A stretch of 64,000 nucleotides of DNA from the human T2T-CHM13v2.0 reference genome, Homo sapiens (GCF_009914755.1 NC_060941.1); one strand, 5' to 3'. Counted from the first letter of the stretch, positions 15,556-31,790 are shown. Notes: a model not told the origin generated them from the letters alone. Numbers and translations are program-made.

Positions 15556-16297
15556 CTGTATGTACATAAAAAAAAAATGCATAGGCCAAATGAAACTCAG
15601 CTAACAGACAAACTGGCTCTGGCCCACCAGTTTGAAATCGCTAATCAAGGGACTTAATAGTCCTCCCTCCCTTTGACTCAGGAATTCCACTTCCAGGGAT
15701 TCATCCAGAAGAAATAATCCAAAATGTGGGCAAAATTTGACACCTGCACTTGAGTATTACCTTTAATTGCCAAAGCTAGAAAGTCCCTGAACACCCAAAA
15801 ATAGGGGACACAAAAATGTCACAGTCAGCCTACTAGAGTGAATGTTTTGCAGCCACTTAGAATGGCTTTCATGAAGACTATGAAATGTCATCAATAGATA
15901 CAGGTGATATCATTTTAATGAAGGTTGTTCAATATCACCACAATTGTCATCTACTATGAACATAAACTTTTTTTGTGACAAAAAGAAGAGGGGTTCCCCA
16001 AGGCCTCCTCTCTGGCTGGGGTAGTGTGGCTCAACAATAGGTCATCTCCCCACTGCCCGCCTTTCCTCTTTTTCCAAATGTGGAATGATGTCCTGATATA
16101 ACGTTTCTTGGCACTTCCCACATTTGATTCGCATTTTAAGCACTTGACTCTCAGGAGCACATCTCCACACACCAGTTTCCCTTTGGCTGGCTGCGTGCTG
16201 GTCCACAGCCATTTGCCCTGCTGGTCCCACATAGGAAGTGCTTTGGGCAGAAATCCACCCCCTGTCCCACCCATCCCTGTTTTTCATAAGCACTTGA

Positions 16298-16861
<564 letters not shown>

Positions 16862-17156
16862 TAAAACCCGACTCCACTCTGAGTATTCCAGGCCCACACA
16901 TCAATGACAGTGCCTTGAAAACAGATTTAAAAAAGAAAGGGCCCCTAACCCCGCTCAGCCTCCCCGAGGAGTTGCCGCTCAGCTGCGTGCTGTGAGGTAG
17001 ATGTAGAGAGAAAATGCTTCACAACCAGCAAGCCGGGTGCGGTGTGGTGCAGGCCCATCCAGCCGCCCACAGCGCCCTGCTGGGCTCAGAGGACAGGGGA
17101 CGCTGCAAGGGGTGGGGCAGGGCTGCGTGGAGGGGGCCCTGTTTGAGCTGAGCCTC

Positions 17157-17563
17157 TGTGCTGAGTTCAGTAGTGACCTCCCCAAAAGTCATGTCCACCC
17201 AGCACCTGTGAAGGTGACGTGATTTGGAAATAGAGTCTTCTCAGCTGTGATCAAGGGAAGATGAGGTCTTGCTGGATTAGGGAGGGCCCTAACCAATGAC
17301 TGGTATCTTTATAAGGCAGGGGACATTTGCACAGAGACACAGGAAGGAAGGCCACGTGAAGACGGAGGCAGAGGTTGCATCCAGAGCCCAGGAACACCTA
17401 GGGCTGCCAGCCACCAGCAGAAGCCAGGGAAGGGGCCAGGAGGGGCAGAACCTGCCGATCCCTCGATCCTGGACTGTGGCCTCTAGAACCCTGACGGGAT
17501 AAACTTCTGTTGTGTTAAACCCCATTTGTGACACTGTGTGATGGCTGCCACAGGACCCTGGCA
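17157..17563 (+). mobile_element. MaLR solo LTR (MLT1B/C-like)
   Basis: gtgacgtgatttggaaatagagtctt...ggccacgtgaagacggaggcagag...ataaacttctgttgtgttaaacccc. Confidence 0.8.
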
Positions 17564-17616
17564 GCTTGAAGAAGGCCTTATCTAAAGGCCCCTCAGCACC
17601 TATGGGTGGTCGGCCA

Positions 17617-17739
17617 CTCCTCCTGGGTGACAGCCCTCCTGGGTGACAGCCCTGGTGACAACCCTCTTGGGTGACAGCCCTGGGTGAAAGCCCTGCTGGG
17701 TGACAGCCCTCCTGCGTGACAGCCCTCCTGGGTGATGCC
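17617..17739 (+). repeat. Minisatellite, ~8 copies of a 12-16 bp unit ctcctgggtgacagcc
   Basis: Read directly from sequence. Confidence 0.9.
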
Positions 17740-17779
17740 CCTCACTGCCCCTTAGTGGCTGACTGGCATGCAACAAGGC

Positions 17780-18203
17780 ACCAGGCGCTGGCACCTCCCT
17801 ATGGTCACCAGCATGTGGCACCCCTGACCTAGGTGCTGGGCACACTGCACCCCAGGTTCCTGGTCGGACTGGGAGGAGCTAGTTTGGGCGGGGTGGAGCC
17901 CTGGGCCGCCAACCCTGGACCAAAGGCAGATGGTGAGCATGGGTGGACCCGGCTTCTTTACCTTCCCGAGGCCTTGGGTGAGGGGCTGGCTGCCTGCCCT
18001 GTGCAGAGGACTTTGTCCTTGGAGCAGGTGGGTGCAATGAATTTCAGGGCTCTGACCCAGGGACAGAGGGGCACAGAGGGGTAAAGGGTCCCTCACTCTC
18101 GCCCAGCCCCTAGTCACAATCTGGGAAAATTTCCAGAGGCTGTGTGGGGTGGCGTTTTTCAAACCAGTCCAGTGGCTCAAAAGCAGTCCAGCCTCCCCTC
18201 TGA
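17780..18203 (+). repeat. Local duplication, copy Y (~425 bp; paralog at 22004-22435)
   Basis: Colinear high similarity, e.g. shared gggtggacccggcttctttaccttcc and cagggctctgacccagggacagaggggcacagaggg. Confidence 0.92.
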
Positions 18204-18639
18204 CTCTCAGAGGCTGGTTCTGAGACCCCGCTCCCATGCAGGCTGACATGAGAGGGAGTGTCTATCCCAAGGGGGGCAGGAGCAGCCTTCCCGTCTGAGG
18301 ATCCGCTGGGGTGGGTGGGCTTTGTCCTCCTCCTGACAGAGGGAAATGCTGGCTTCTTGAAGGACCATTCCTTAGGGTGGGGTGGGGTGGCATGGGGATG
18401 GGAATGGTGGAAAGAGCACAGATCAGGAGGGAGACCCAGAGTCCAGCCCCCTCTGCTGCTCACCTGCTGGGCTCCTCCCTCCTCTGGCCGAGCCTTGGTT
18501 TTCTCAGTTGTAAAATGGGCCTGACTCTGTCCCTGTCTTTCATGGATGGGGCATCAGCTGACCCGACAACATACAGGAAAAGCTCTGCAGAGAAACCTCT
18601 CTGAGTGCTTTTGGTTTTCAGTCTGGGGTTTTGTTTTAT

Positions 18640-19720
<1,081 letters not shown>

Positions 19721-20416
19721 ATCTCCAGGTGTTTGAGCAGCTAGGATTTGATGCAGGCATCCAGCACTTACAAAATCCCTGGGTGAGTTGGAGGAGAGGT
19801 CTTGGGTTGCCCCTGCCCCATGGCTCCCAGAGCCCAGCAGAACCAAGCTGCCCAGGAGGTAGGAATCAGGGATGCCACTGAAGCACCACTGACTTCGTGG
19901 GGTGCAGGGACCTGGGATCAGGGCCACTGGGCAGCTCAAGACCAGACACTGGAACATTGCTTTAGACACTTCCACGTGCCTGTGACCCTGCTGGGTGGCA
20001 GAACACAGCCCAGAGCTGCCAAAAGATGTCCCCCACCCCCGCCTCCTTGATCTCACCTGGGCGTGTTACTAGTGGATCCTAACCCTGGAAGCCATTGCAA
20101 GGGAACCTGGAAATGTAGCCTTCAGCTTCCCAGTCCCTGCTGGTCAGGAAGGCACAGGAGGAGGAGGTGGAAATGAGTGTGGAGGGCCACATATCAGGCC
20201 AAAGCAGCAGGCACTCAGAACACAGCGGCCTAGAAGCAGGGTACAGGAAGGGATGCCCCTCAGCCACACCAGCCTTCAGGGCCCCAGGCAGGCTCCCTCC
20301 TGCCAAAGGTCTTTGTGTATGTTGTTCCTGCCTTATCAAGTGTTCCTCCCTATCCTCTCTGCCTCCACATAGCAAGGTAACTTCCACTCAGCCAAAAACT
20401 ATCACTGTCCAGCACA

Positions 20417-20840
20417 GCCCAAATATCCATAAACAGAAAACATCAACAAATGACAGTATATTCATACAATGAAATACTATACAGCAATGAAAAAGAATCA
20501 CCGACGACCACATACAACAATATGGGAGGATCTCACAGATGTCATTGTTGAGTGAAGAAGCCGGACTCAAAAGAGCACCATTCACAAACCTCCATTACTA
20601 GGAAGCTCAAAAAGAAGCAGAATTAATCTATGGCACAAGGGTAGAGAAGAATGGTTACTTCTCGGGGGGTGGGGGGAGTGTTGGATGGGAGGGGACAAAG
20701 GAGCCCTCTAGGGGCTGGGCACGAACTTGGTCTTCTCCAGTTTGGTCTGGGGGCTGAGCCTGAGGCACCCATGGGTAAAACTTCATCAAGCTGAACACTT
20801 AAACTGTGCACTCTTCCTATGATGAAAAAGTAAAAATAAA
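20417..20840 (+). mobile_element. L1ME 3' end fragment
   Basis: catacaatgaaatactatacagcaatgaaaaagaa...catcaagctgaacacttaa. Confidence 0.72.
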
Positions 20841-21810
20841 ACAGACCCCTTTCTCTGAGAAGCCTTTTCCCAGACTAGAGCACCTTCCCCAGGATGAGCT
20901 GCCAGGGTTCTGTGCACCCCTCCTGCCAGGCTATTGTCGTGCTGTGACGGTCTGTTTCCCTGTGGGATGGTGAGGTGGTCTGCTCCCCCAGACAGTAAGC
21001 TCCATGCAGGAAGTCTCTCTGTCTTTCCAGGGCCTGTATGTCCAGTGCTCAGATCTTAAGCATCTGCTGCAAGCGTGGGTGACCCCCATCGTGGAACAAG
21101 CCCACTCTCTGGCAACAGCAATGTGAACCTTCTGCTTGTAATGTAAATGTGAAACCCAGGGCCAGTAAGAGATTCCTCAGATTTGCTGTGCAGCCATGGA
21201 AGGCAGGTTTTTCAAACAGAAACTCTTCTTCCTAAAAATATTCGATGTTCAAATCTTTTCTCTGCAAAAAAGACGGAGGAGGAAGAAGTGAAGTTGCTGT
21301 GCGTGAGCCCACCTGGAGGGCAGCAGCCCAGGAAGGGCCAAGGGACTGACAGCGACAGCTCAAGCATTGCAGCACCTGGGCCTCCTGCTCTCCCAAGCCA
21401 GCAGGATTTTCACTGACTCCCAGATGGCAGAGCCAAGCCAGTGAGAGACAGATGTTGGCTCAAGTGGTTTTGAGAGCTGATGAGTTCCCTGTCCCTGGAA
21501 GTGTGCAAGTAGAGACTAAAGGACCACTCCTGAGAAATATTGTGAGACAAGCAGGGGTTGGGACTGGAAGGATGGCCCTTGGAGGACCTCAGAGACCCAG
21601 GCCTCTTGTGTCTGTGTCCTTTTGGAACTCTTGGTCTTCGCCGAGGGAGGGATGCCCTCCAGGCTGCCTGGGACCACATAAGGTCTTGGGAGACAGGAGC
21701 AGCAGTAGCAGCTTCGTGTATGAAGGTGCTCCCAGTGCTGGGCACTGTAGGGAGGGCTATCCTACCACATCCTCTCAGCGAAGGGCTTTTGTAGAGTATG
21801 GTTAAGAATG

Positions 21811-21988
21811 CAGATCTGCAGTGGGTCACGCCTGCAATCCCAGCACTTGGGGAGGCTGAGACAGGAGGATGGCTTGAGCCCGGGAGTTCGAGGCTGCCTA
21901 CCCCCTGCACCCCAGCCTGAATGACAGAGCGAAGAGAAATCCTGTTGTCTCTTTATTTGAAAAAAATTTTTAAGTAGGTTCTGGAGCC
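21811..21988 (+). repeat. Segment X: Alu monomer (FRAM/FLAM-like) in a MIR, duplicated at 22437-22770
   Basis: Both copies share the unusual deletion gaggctgcct(a/g)ccccctgcaccccagcctgaatgacagagc, the tail ttgtctctttattt and the flank gtaggttctggagcc. Confidence 0.88.
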
Positions 21989-22003
21989 GGAATGTTGCAG
22001 AGA

Positions 22004-22435
22004 ACCAGGCGCCGGCGCCTCCCAATGGTCACCAGCAGGTGGCGCCGCTGACCTAGGTGCTGGGCCCCTCGGCACCCCTCGTTCTGGGTGGCGCTGGGAG
22101 GAGCCAGTTTGGGCGGAGAGGAGCCCTGGGCCGCCTACCCTGGACTGAAGTCAGGTGTTGAGCACGGGTGGACCCGGCTTCTTTACCTTCCTGAGGCCTT
22201 GGTCGAGGGGCTGGCTGCCCGCCCTGTGCAGAGGACTTTGTCCCTGGGGTGGGTGGGTGCAATAAATGTCAGGGCTCTGACCCAGGGACAGAGGGGCACA
22301 GAGGGTAAAGGGTCCCTCACTCTCCCCTGGCAGCGGCCGCTTGTCACAGTCTAGGAAAATATCCAGAGACTGTGCCGGGTGGGGGGTTTTGCAAACCAGT
22401 CCAGTGGGTCGAAACCAGTCCAGCCGCCCCACTGA
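22004..22435 (+). repeat. Local duplication, copy Y' (inserted copy flanked by duplicated segment X/X')
   Basis: Same alignment as 17780-18203; flanked by 21811-21988 and 22437-22770. Confidence 0.92.
22032..22045 (+). promoter_or_regulatory. Candidate CTCF site (forward orientation)
   Basis: CCAGCAGGTGGCGC fits CCASYAGRKGGCRS at all positions; lies in a CpG-retaining segment. Confidence 0.62.
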
Positions 22436-22436
22436 A

Positions 22437-22770
<334 letters not shown>

Positions 22771-23739
22771 CGACTGTCTGGCCCAACTCCAGCTTTGCCA
22801 CTGTCTCGGGCAGGGCTCAGAATCAGACCCCAGAACAAGGATTCCAGAGCAAGTGCTTGGCTGGGGAGATGCAGGAAGCCCCAGGGGAGGGCACGAGAGG
22901 CAGGGAAGGGAAGAAGCCAGTAAAGTATGTGTTATCAAGGCAGTTACCAGGGAAGCACCAGGCTCCCTGCTGTGGGGAGCCCTGGGAGACAGCGTGGAGC
23001 AGGCCCCAGAGGTTGCCCCGCTGAGGAGCAAGGGGCTGGAATAGTTGTCCGCCACCCCCACAGCCACTGTTGGCTGAGACCCTCTCCTGGGACAGGGACT
23101 CTCCAGGCCTCCAGCGGTGGAACTTGCCCGTCCTTGCAGCTGGGAGAAGCAGCCCAAGGATCCTGCTCAGGCGTCCCAGGCTTAGACGTGAAGAGGCGAG
23201 TCCTGCATGGGGAGGGTGGGTGACTGATGGATGGGACACCAGCTGTGTCCTCTGCGGCCACTGGGCAGCTGTGTGACCTCAGGCAATTGCTCAGCCTCTC
23301 TGTGTCTTCTCATCCTCCTTTGGTAGGAGGCTGCCTAGGCCCAGTGAAGGTAGAGGGCCTAGAACTGCGCCTGACACAGCACTACGCATGCCAGGATCTC
23401 AGGAGCCCAAGAGGTAGTCCTGTCACACCCCGTTTCACAGAGGAGGATGTGGAGGTCAGAGTGGCTAAGACAACTGCTCAATGCCACTGGGCACCAGAGG
23501 GCAGATGGGGCTTGGGGGACCCTGATCCCACACTCACAGGACCCCTGTCCAGTGCGCTCCTGTGGGTAGATCAAGGCAAGGCTGCCTCTAGGACCACCTC
23601 CCTCTTGCCCCGCACCAGCCAGGCATCCTCTGGGCAGGGACCATGGCAACACGGCCCCCACCTGTGGCCGGGCCTTCTGGGTCCTCTCCAGGAGGTGTCT
23701 AGGCACCACGCTGTGGCATCAGCATCACACACAATGCTG

Positions 23740-24330
23740 AGATGAAAAGTCTTACGCAGGTGTCTTCGCACACCTGAGCAAACATTTCTACAGGAATAAT
23801 TTCCCCCAGCGGGATTCTTGGATCAAAGGGAAGCACACATGATTATTCTAGAAGTTGACAGCCATTGTCCAATTGACACCCTCACCCACAGGGCTCTTTC
23901 CCCACATCCTTGGCAATACCAGGTCCTTGTTTTTAAATCTGTGCCGACCCGATGGGCAGAGAGTGGCACCTTGTCATGCTGTCTCCTGCCTGTTTGATCC
24001 AGGATTTTGTGGACCGTGGGTTTGGCAGCTGCTGGCACTTCTTCTGCACGTTCCCTTTTTGTGTCCTTTTCCAGATTGCTATTTCTTTGGGGCTTTTTTC
24101 TTAGTGATTTGTAGGGTGCTTTAAAATAAAATCTTCTGTCTGCCATGGTCTGTAGGTGACAAATATTTCTTCTCAGCTAATTGTTTTATTTTCAGCCATG
24201 TTGGTGGGGACTTTGTGATTGTTTTGTTTTTTGTGATTGGTCTTTGGAAGTTGCTCATGTTTGTGTAATCGGATTTGTCATTCTTTTCCTTTGTCATTTC
24301 AGAGTTTGTGTCAGGAATTCTTCCCTCTTC
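23740..24330 (-). mobile_element. Old L1M fragment
   Basis: T-rich L1 antisense motifs (ggatcaaaggg, ttccccacatccttggcaatacc, gacaaatatttcttctcag). Confidence 0.6.
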
Positions 24331-25823
24331 AACCCATTCCTCCACCTCCCTCCGCAGACTGGCCGGTGTTCTCTCTAGATCTGCCTCTCCCTCCATGCCA
24401 TGCTCTCGGGCCCTTCGTGGTGAAGCCAGGTGGCCGTCCTCCTGCCCCTGCCCCTGAAGGAGAAAGCTCCAAGACCTGCTGTATTCATGTCCCCTTCCTG
24501 GAGGCCCACCTTCACGTGCCCACCTACCTCCTCAGCATGCCTGAGCCCCTATCGCTTTCCTCTCGCAGCAGCCTCAGGTGCAGAGCCCGGGGACTCTGGT
24601 CTGACACCGATGGCTTCTTAACTACAATCAGCACACCTGCTGCTCACCACCCTTGGCCAGGCCAAGCCACAGCCAGGCCCAGCCCTGGATTCGAGATTGT
24701 TATTTCTGCAAAATGGATCATCCAGGCATCTCTGGCTTGTCTCTGGCCCCCCCGCACCCCTCCACCACGCCCCTGGGCTGCTGCTGCTGATGTCTCCTTC
24801 CTGCCTACATCGGACCCAGTTCCCCCATGTTCATCCCTGGGGCTGGGCCACCTGCTGCTCCCCCTGGCTCATCCACTGCCCGTTACCAAGCCGCACACAG
24901 CTCATCGACCTACAGCCACACTTGTCACACCTCCTTGCAGACCACGAGTCCAGAGAAGCACGTGATGCAACCTCCCACACCTGACTCTTTTACAAACCAA
25001 CAGGCCACTGGGAGGCTGCTCTCCTTGTCTCTGGGGTGGCAGCAGGGGAAGCAGGAGAATGAACAGCCTCCAAAACTTCTCCTCAGACGGAGCCGCCATG
25101 GAGGAACAAAGGGTCACCATCAACAAAGCCCATTTAGCCCAATCAGCCTCCTGCCCAGCAAACCAGGGAGGCATGCTCTGCCCTCAGCCCTCAGGTCCCA
25201 GGGGCCCGGCCCTGGCAGCCTCTTTGTTATTCCTGGCTCCCGGGACCAGGACTCTCAGGGTGCCCATGCCAGGGAGGCCTGCATGGCCGGGAGCAGGTAT
25301 TTCCTTCTGTGCCCTCTGCGGGCTCAGGAAGACCCCACCCTGCAGGTGGCAGGAAGGGGCTGTGTTGAGCAAGGGGCCCAGCAGCTGGAGTGGGCCTGGG
25401 TCTAACTCTCCACTCCTGTTTGCATTGGCAAAGCACCGCAGCTGACACGGGCTGCGGGAGCACCACGCTCAGAGGAGCCGGCGACGGCTGTTTCCCAGCT
25501 GCTGTGCAATTTGCTGAGTTCAACACACATGTATTGACTGCCCACTGTGTTTTCTGTGCTCACTTGGAAATTCTGTTGAGCGCCTACTATGTGCTAGGCA
25601 CTTGTCTGTGTGCTGGGGATATGGCCTGGGGCAAAGGTGTCAGTTCAGCTCCCCTGGGAAGTAGACAACAGGTTGGAGTTAGAGATACAAGAACTGTGTT
25701 AGGAGAAGGAGCTGTAAAGGAGAAAGGGGCGAGGGGCAGAGCAGTCAGGGAGAACATGGAGCGCACCAAGCACAATGCTTGTGAAGGAGAGGGGCCACTG
25801 GAGAGCTGGGCGGGGGAGCCTCA

Positions 25824-26420
<597 letters not shown>

Positions 26421-26707
26421 TTATTAAGGGGAGGGCAAGCCCTTTTCCATACTTTCTTAACCCTGCTGTTTAGGATGTGGACATGATGGTGCACTGTCTT
26501 GAGCTACATGGACAAGAGAAACACCCTAGGGATGGGAGAGAGAAGGGTGGATCCCTGAATAACTGCATGGAGCAGAGTTGCCACCGCAGCCCTGAACTGC
26601 CCTGCCACCCCTAGACAGTGTGCTGGAGAAATGAACCTCTGTCTTGTTAAAGCCACTGTTGTTAGACGTAGCTAAACCTAGATCCTAAATACAAACATAG
26701 CATGTTC

Positions 26708-27001
<294 letters not shown>

Positions 27002-27019
27002 CTCCACACATAGCGTGTT

Positions 27020-27900
27020 CTTTTTGTCCACATAAAACTTACCATCTTGACCATCGTGAAATGCACAGTTCAGTGGCACTAAGCACAGTCTCATTGTTGT
27101 GCAACCATTACCATCGTCCATCTCAAGAACTTTTTCGCCGGGTGCGGTGGCTCACGCCTGTAATCTCAATGCTTTGGGAGGCCAAGGTGGGCAGATCACA
27201 AGGTCAGGAGATCGAGGCCATCCTGGCTAACACGGTGAAACCCCGTCTCTGCTAAAAATACAAAAAATTAGGCGGGCGTGGTGGCGGGCGCCTGTAGTCC
27301 CAGCTACTCAGACGCTGAGGCAGGAGAATGGCGTGAACCCAGGAGGCGGAGCTTGCAGTGAGCCGAGATAGGGCCACTGCACTCTAGCCTGGGCGACAGA
27401 GCGAGACTCCGTCTCTTAAAAAAAAAAAAAAAGAACTTTTTCATCTTCCTCAAATTGAAACTGTCTCCAATGAACAGTAAACAGTAACTCCCCATTCCCC
27501 TTCCCTTAGCTCGTATAAGTGGAATCATATAGAGTTTGTCTTTTCACGGAATATTACGCCCTCACGTTCTTCCATATTGTAGCATGTGCCAGAATTTCCT
27601 TCCTTTGTAAGACTGAATAATATTTCATTGTACGCACAGACCACATTTTTGTTTATCGATGGTCATTTGGGTGGCTTCCACCTTTTCGTTGTTGTAAAGA
27701 ATGCTGCTATAGTGAGCTGAGATCACGCCACTGCGCTCCAGCCTAGGCAACAGAGTGAGACTCCGTCTCAAAAAAAAAAGAATGCTGCTATAAACATGGG
27801 TGAACAAACATCTGTTGGAGACCCTGATCTCAATTATTTTTGGGGTATTTTTTGGTATATACCCAAAAGCGGAATTACTAGATTATATGGTAATTCTGCA
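27020..27900 (-). mobile_element. L1MB fragment with AluY (+, 27137-27430) and a heavily 5'-truncated Alu (+, 27712-27776)
   Basis: AluY TSD aagaactttttc; short Alu TSD aaagaatgctgctata at 27696-27711 and 27777-27792. Confidence 0.85.
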
Positions 27901-28502
27901 CAGTGACTTTTCCACTAGTGTTTAACATGGTGTCTTGACAGAATAGCTGTAAGATTACACTGAAAAAGCAGCAGGGGAAGTGCTGTGAAGGCGGCCCATG
28001 AGCTTGTAGGAAAGGCGGTCAGCAGCACACCTCCACTGTAATGGGTTTGTTTACCCGCTAGCCTACCAACAGCTGCAGGCCCCTTTCCTGGCCCTGGCCC
28101 TGCCCCTGCCCCACATTGCTCCCCACATTAGACCCAGCTGTGCTGCACCTCTGCCCTTCTGCCCCGGCTCCTGCTTGTTACAGGGAAGGGCTGGAGGGCT
28201 CTTTGTCCAGGTTTGTCATCCAATATGAGCACTCAGTGCACACGGATGGCTTTACCTGGCACTCAGCCAGTGAACTCAGCATCTGCTCCGGCCCTTTAGC
28301 ACTGAGCTAGGCTATCTACCTTCATAGGCCAATCACAGGTTGTCACAGGTAAATGACCACATGTGGTTTGTGCCTCACTTTCTGACTTTGGAACATAATC
28401 CCCTGGTAGGGGTGGGGGAGGGCCATTTTTCTGGAGCTTCCTCCTATTTTCAAGCTTTATCATGCAGAACAAAACCTTCTAAGCAGAAGCCTCAATGTCC
28501 TC

Positions 28503-28858
28503 TTTCTGTGGGTTGCATGTGTCCCCCAAAAGGCGTGTATTCAACACTTAATCCCCGGTGCAATGGTATTGGGAGCTGGGGCCTAATAGGAGGTGTTTAG
28601 GTTATAAGGTGCCCACCGTCACGCATGGGTTAATGCTGATTATAAAAGGCCTTGAGACTGTGAGTTTGGTCTCTTACCCTCCTGATTTCCACCATGGGAT
28701 GAGGCAGCAAGAAGGCCCTCACCAAATGCTGGGCTCAGGCCAGCACCATGCCCTTGGGCTTCCCAGCCTCCAGAATTATGAGCCACATAAATGTCTGATT
28801 ATTATAAATGACCCAGTCTCAGGTATTCTGTTATAGCAGCACGAAATGGACTCAGACA
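28503..28858 (+). mobile_element. MaLR solo LTR (MST family)
   Basis: gtgtcccccaaaag...cccagtctcaggtattctgttatagcagcacgaaatggactcagaca. Confidence 0.83.
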
Positions 28859-29597
28859 TCTGTCTGCCAGCCCTGCCCTCCTGAGGGCTGGAATGCCGTT
28901 CGCTGCACTTCCCAGCCTCTCTACTTTGCCTCACACTGACTTCCCTCCCTGGAACCAGCAGTTCCTGCTTATTTGGGCGTTTTCAGATCTTACTGATCTT
29001 TCAAGGGCACCTCCTCTGTGAACTTACCTGGGTCCTTCCCAGCTTGGAGGGATCTCACAGCACATTCTGTAGCCAGTACCATGTTCTACCGTCTCTTCTA
29101 AAGCACAGTTCCTGGGCCAGAGCCCCAGCATGGCCTGCAGGCTGCAGGAAATGTGAATTCCAAGGCCCCCCTAGACCTCCTGATTCAGAAACTGGTGGTG
29201 GAGCCAACAATCTGTGTCTTATTGGCATAGATAGTTCTAGGTCTACCAGGCTGCCAGGAGGCCTCAATGGCTTGACAATCATGGGGCACGAAGCAACGCC
29301 CGCGAGTCAGCAGCAGGGGGTCCCAGCTGGTCTCCCCAAGGGTTCTTCTTCCCTCCTCTTCTTCTTAAAGTGTGGGAAAATTTACAGCAAAGTACACAAA
29401 TGTTGGTGTGCAAATCAATGCCTTTTAACAAATGTGTCCACCCCGTCATCACACCCCAGATGAAGACATGGAACATTTCCAGGACCCCAGAAAGCTCCCT
29501 GGTGCCTCCTTCCCGTCAATAACCCCATCCTCCACCAGCCCCACCAAGAAACCACCACCAGGACTTCTGTCTCCATAGATGACTTTTGCCTGTTTTT

Positions 29598-29895
29598 TTT
29601 TTGTTTTTTTTTTTTGAGACGGAGTCTCGCTCTGTCACACAGGCTGGAGTGCCGTGGCACCATCTCGGCTCACTGCAAGCTCTGCCTCCCGGGTTCACGC
29701 CATTCTCCTGCCTCAGCGCGTGAGTAGCTGGGACTACAGGCGCCCGCCGCCCCGCCCGGCTAATTTTTTGTATATTTAGTAGAGAAGGGGTTTCACTGTG
29801 TTAGCCAGGATGGTCTCGATCTCCTGACCTCGTAATCCACCTGCCTCAGCCTCCCAAAGTGTTGGGACTACAGGCGTGAGCCACCGCACCCAACC
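29598..29895 (-). mobile_element. AluY inside an L1ME fragment (~29360-30030)
   Basis: AluY diagnostics; TSD ttgcctgttttt. Confidence 0.92.
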
Positions 29896-31619
29896 TTGCC
29901 TGTTTTTGACCTCCATACTGTGCATGCTCTTTTGCATCTGGATTCTTTTGTCTGACTTTATCTGCGAGATTCATCTAACTTGTTGCATGGAAGAGTCATT
30001 TGGTCTTTTCCTCTGCTATGCAATGCAGGAGAACATTTGTTTGTTTTTAGTTTATAGAATGCAGTAAGTTTTCTTTTGGTGGACATCAGCACTTGTTTCT
30101 CTTGGGTGTCTGACCCTTTCCCATGCTTTCCAACCCTAGCTTCTAAGCTCTCTGAGGGTACAGAGTTTGCCTCTGTCTATCCTGGCCTGACACGCAGTCT
30201 CCTCCTGTCAGCATTTACTCAGTCCAAATTGCAACAGGGGCAGGTCCCTGCCAGCTGAGGGAGCTATTCTTCCAGCTCAGCAGGGGGTTGGCCAGTCTTG
30301 TCCTCTGGGACAAAGCCCAGCCAGAGTTCTGGGCACTGTGGTTCAGAAGGCCTGAGACACGTGGTTTTACCAGGGCTGGGTACCAAGAACCATGCTTGAG
30401 GCTGACGGCATTTCATTGGCAGCGTCTGTGGGGGGCTTGGGGACTCAGCCGTGGGAAGCCTGTTCTGCACACAGCCATGGCGCAAGAAATGCTTTTTCCT
30501 GCGACGGTTCAGTGAGAACCATGATGGCAGTGGTGCAGCATCCTCCCAGCTTGGTTTTTAAACATGGGAAGGGCTTCTAAAAAGTCACACAGCTGGTTAA
30601 TGTTTGAACCAGGGTGGCACAGGTTTGTGCGAAGCAGTGAGTGGAGCTGTCTGAATGCCAGGAGGAGGGTCACCCTGGAGGCGGGTGACACAGGGGTCAG
30701 TGCAGGTCAGAGGCAGAGGCTGGGCCCAGATGCCATGCGAGCTCCAGGCCACTTTCCCAGAGAAGTGAGCGGCGGCCAGGCTGCCGGAGGCTGTGTGGCC
30801 TCTTCAGGCCCTCACTGGTCCTGATTTTGAGGGGTGACTCATGCCGGCTTGGACATCCACTTCTGGCTCAAGTTGCTCTGGGTTCCTCCACACAGACCAG
30901 AGGGATTCCTGCGTCACAGGAATCCAGGAAGGGGTGGGGGGAGTTGCAGGTTGAGAAGACAGAGGTGAGTGGCCCCCGGGCCCCTCCCCTGTTGAGTCAC
31001 GGGAAGGGAATGGAAATAGTGTGTGCTGAAGCTGAATCAGGGCCCAGACTCACCTTCTCGGGACCTCATATGGGCTCTGAGGCAAGAGGCCCACCTGTCC
31101 CCCCCTCCTTGCTGCCTCCTCTCCCAAGCATGAGGAGGGCGAGCAGGAAGGATTTAGGTTAGCTCTCAAGAAGGACTTCCTGAATCGCGCCAGGCGACAC
31201 TGAGAGGCATCTCTCAAAGGAAGTTGTGAAATCTTCCTTGGGACCAATTTGAGGTTTGGTCTGGGTCCAACCAGGACTATCTTTATGGCTCTAGAATATT
31301 TTCAAGTGTTAGACATTCCTTCCTCGACATGACTCAGGGAGCATCCGATGTGTGCCAGGCCTGGTGGCAGGAGCAGGGCCAGCTGAGTGTGGGACATGCC
31401 CCACTCTGGGGGTCTTCTCTAGGTCAGCATTACAGCAGCCTTGGAGAAGACGGCTCCCACCCCTTCCGTCCTCCCCTCTCCTGGCTCCCTTGGGCAGCCT
31501 GCTCTGCCAGCCACACCACACTCCACTTTCGGATTCCGGAAGGAAACTATGGGTAATAAATAGGACAAAGGGTCAATTTCCTTCCTGTGCAAATCCCAGT
31601 AGCATTTGCAGAGTGCCAA

Positions 31620-31790
31620 GCATGGGAGGGCGCCCTCCTAAGTGCTTTACCTGCCTTCACTCCACCACAGCCCTGTGAGGAAGGTGCTCCCCTTTCACAG
31701 AGAAGGAAACTGAGGCTCAGTGAGGTGAGCAGCCTGGCTACAGTGGCACTGCCAGTGAGCAGCTGACCCAGCCTGTGACCTGGGCTGTGG
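31620..31790 (-). mobile_element. MIR
   Basis: MIR core acagagaaggaaactgaggctcagtgaggtgag; other MIR remnants near 1.7, 8.0, 11.9, 23.4, 35.4, 41.2, 47.7, 55.9 and 62.0 kb. Confidence 0.75.

Noticed and set aside
16993-17000. TGAGGTAG let-7-like seed
   Set aside because: Only 8 nt match, the rest differs from let-7 and no hairpin is evident
17617-17739. CRISPR-like array (also considered for the 11-kb VNTR)
   Set aside because: No unique spacers; ordinary eukaryotic minisatellites
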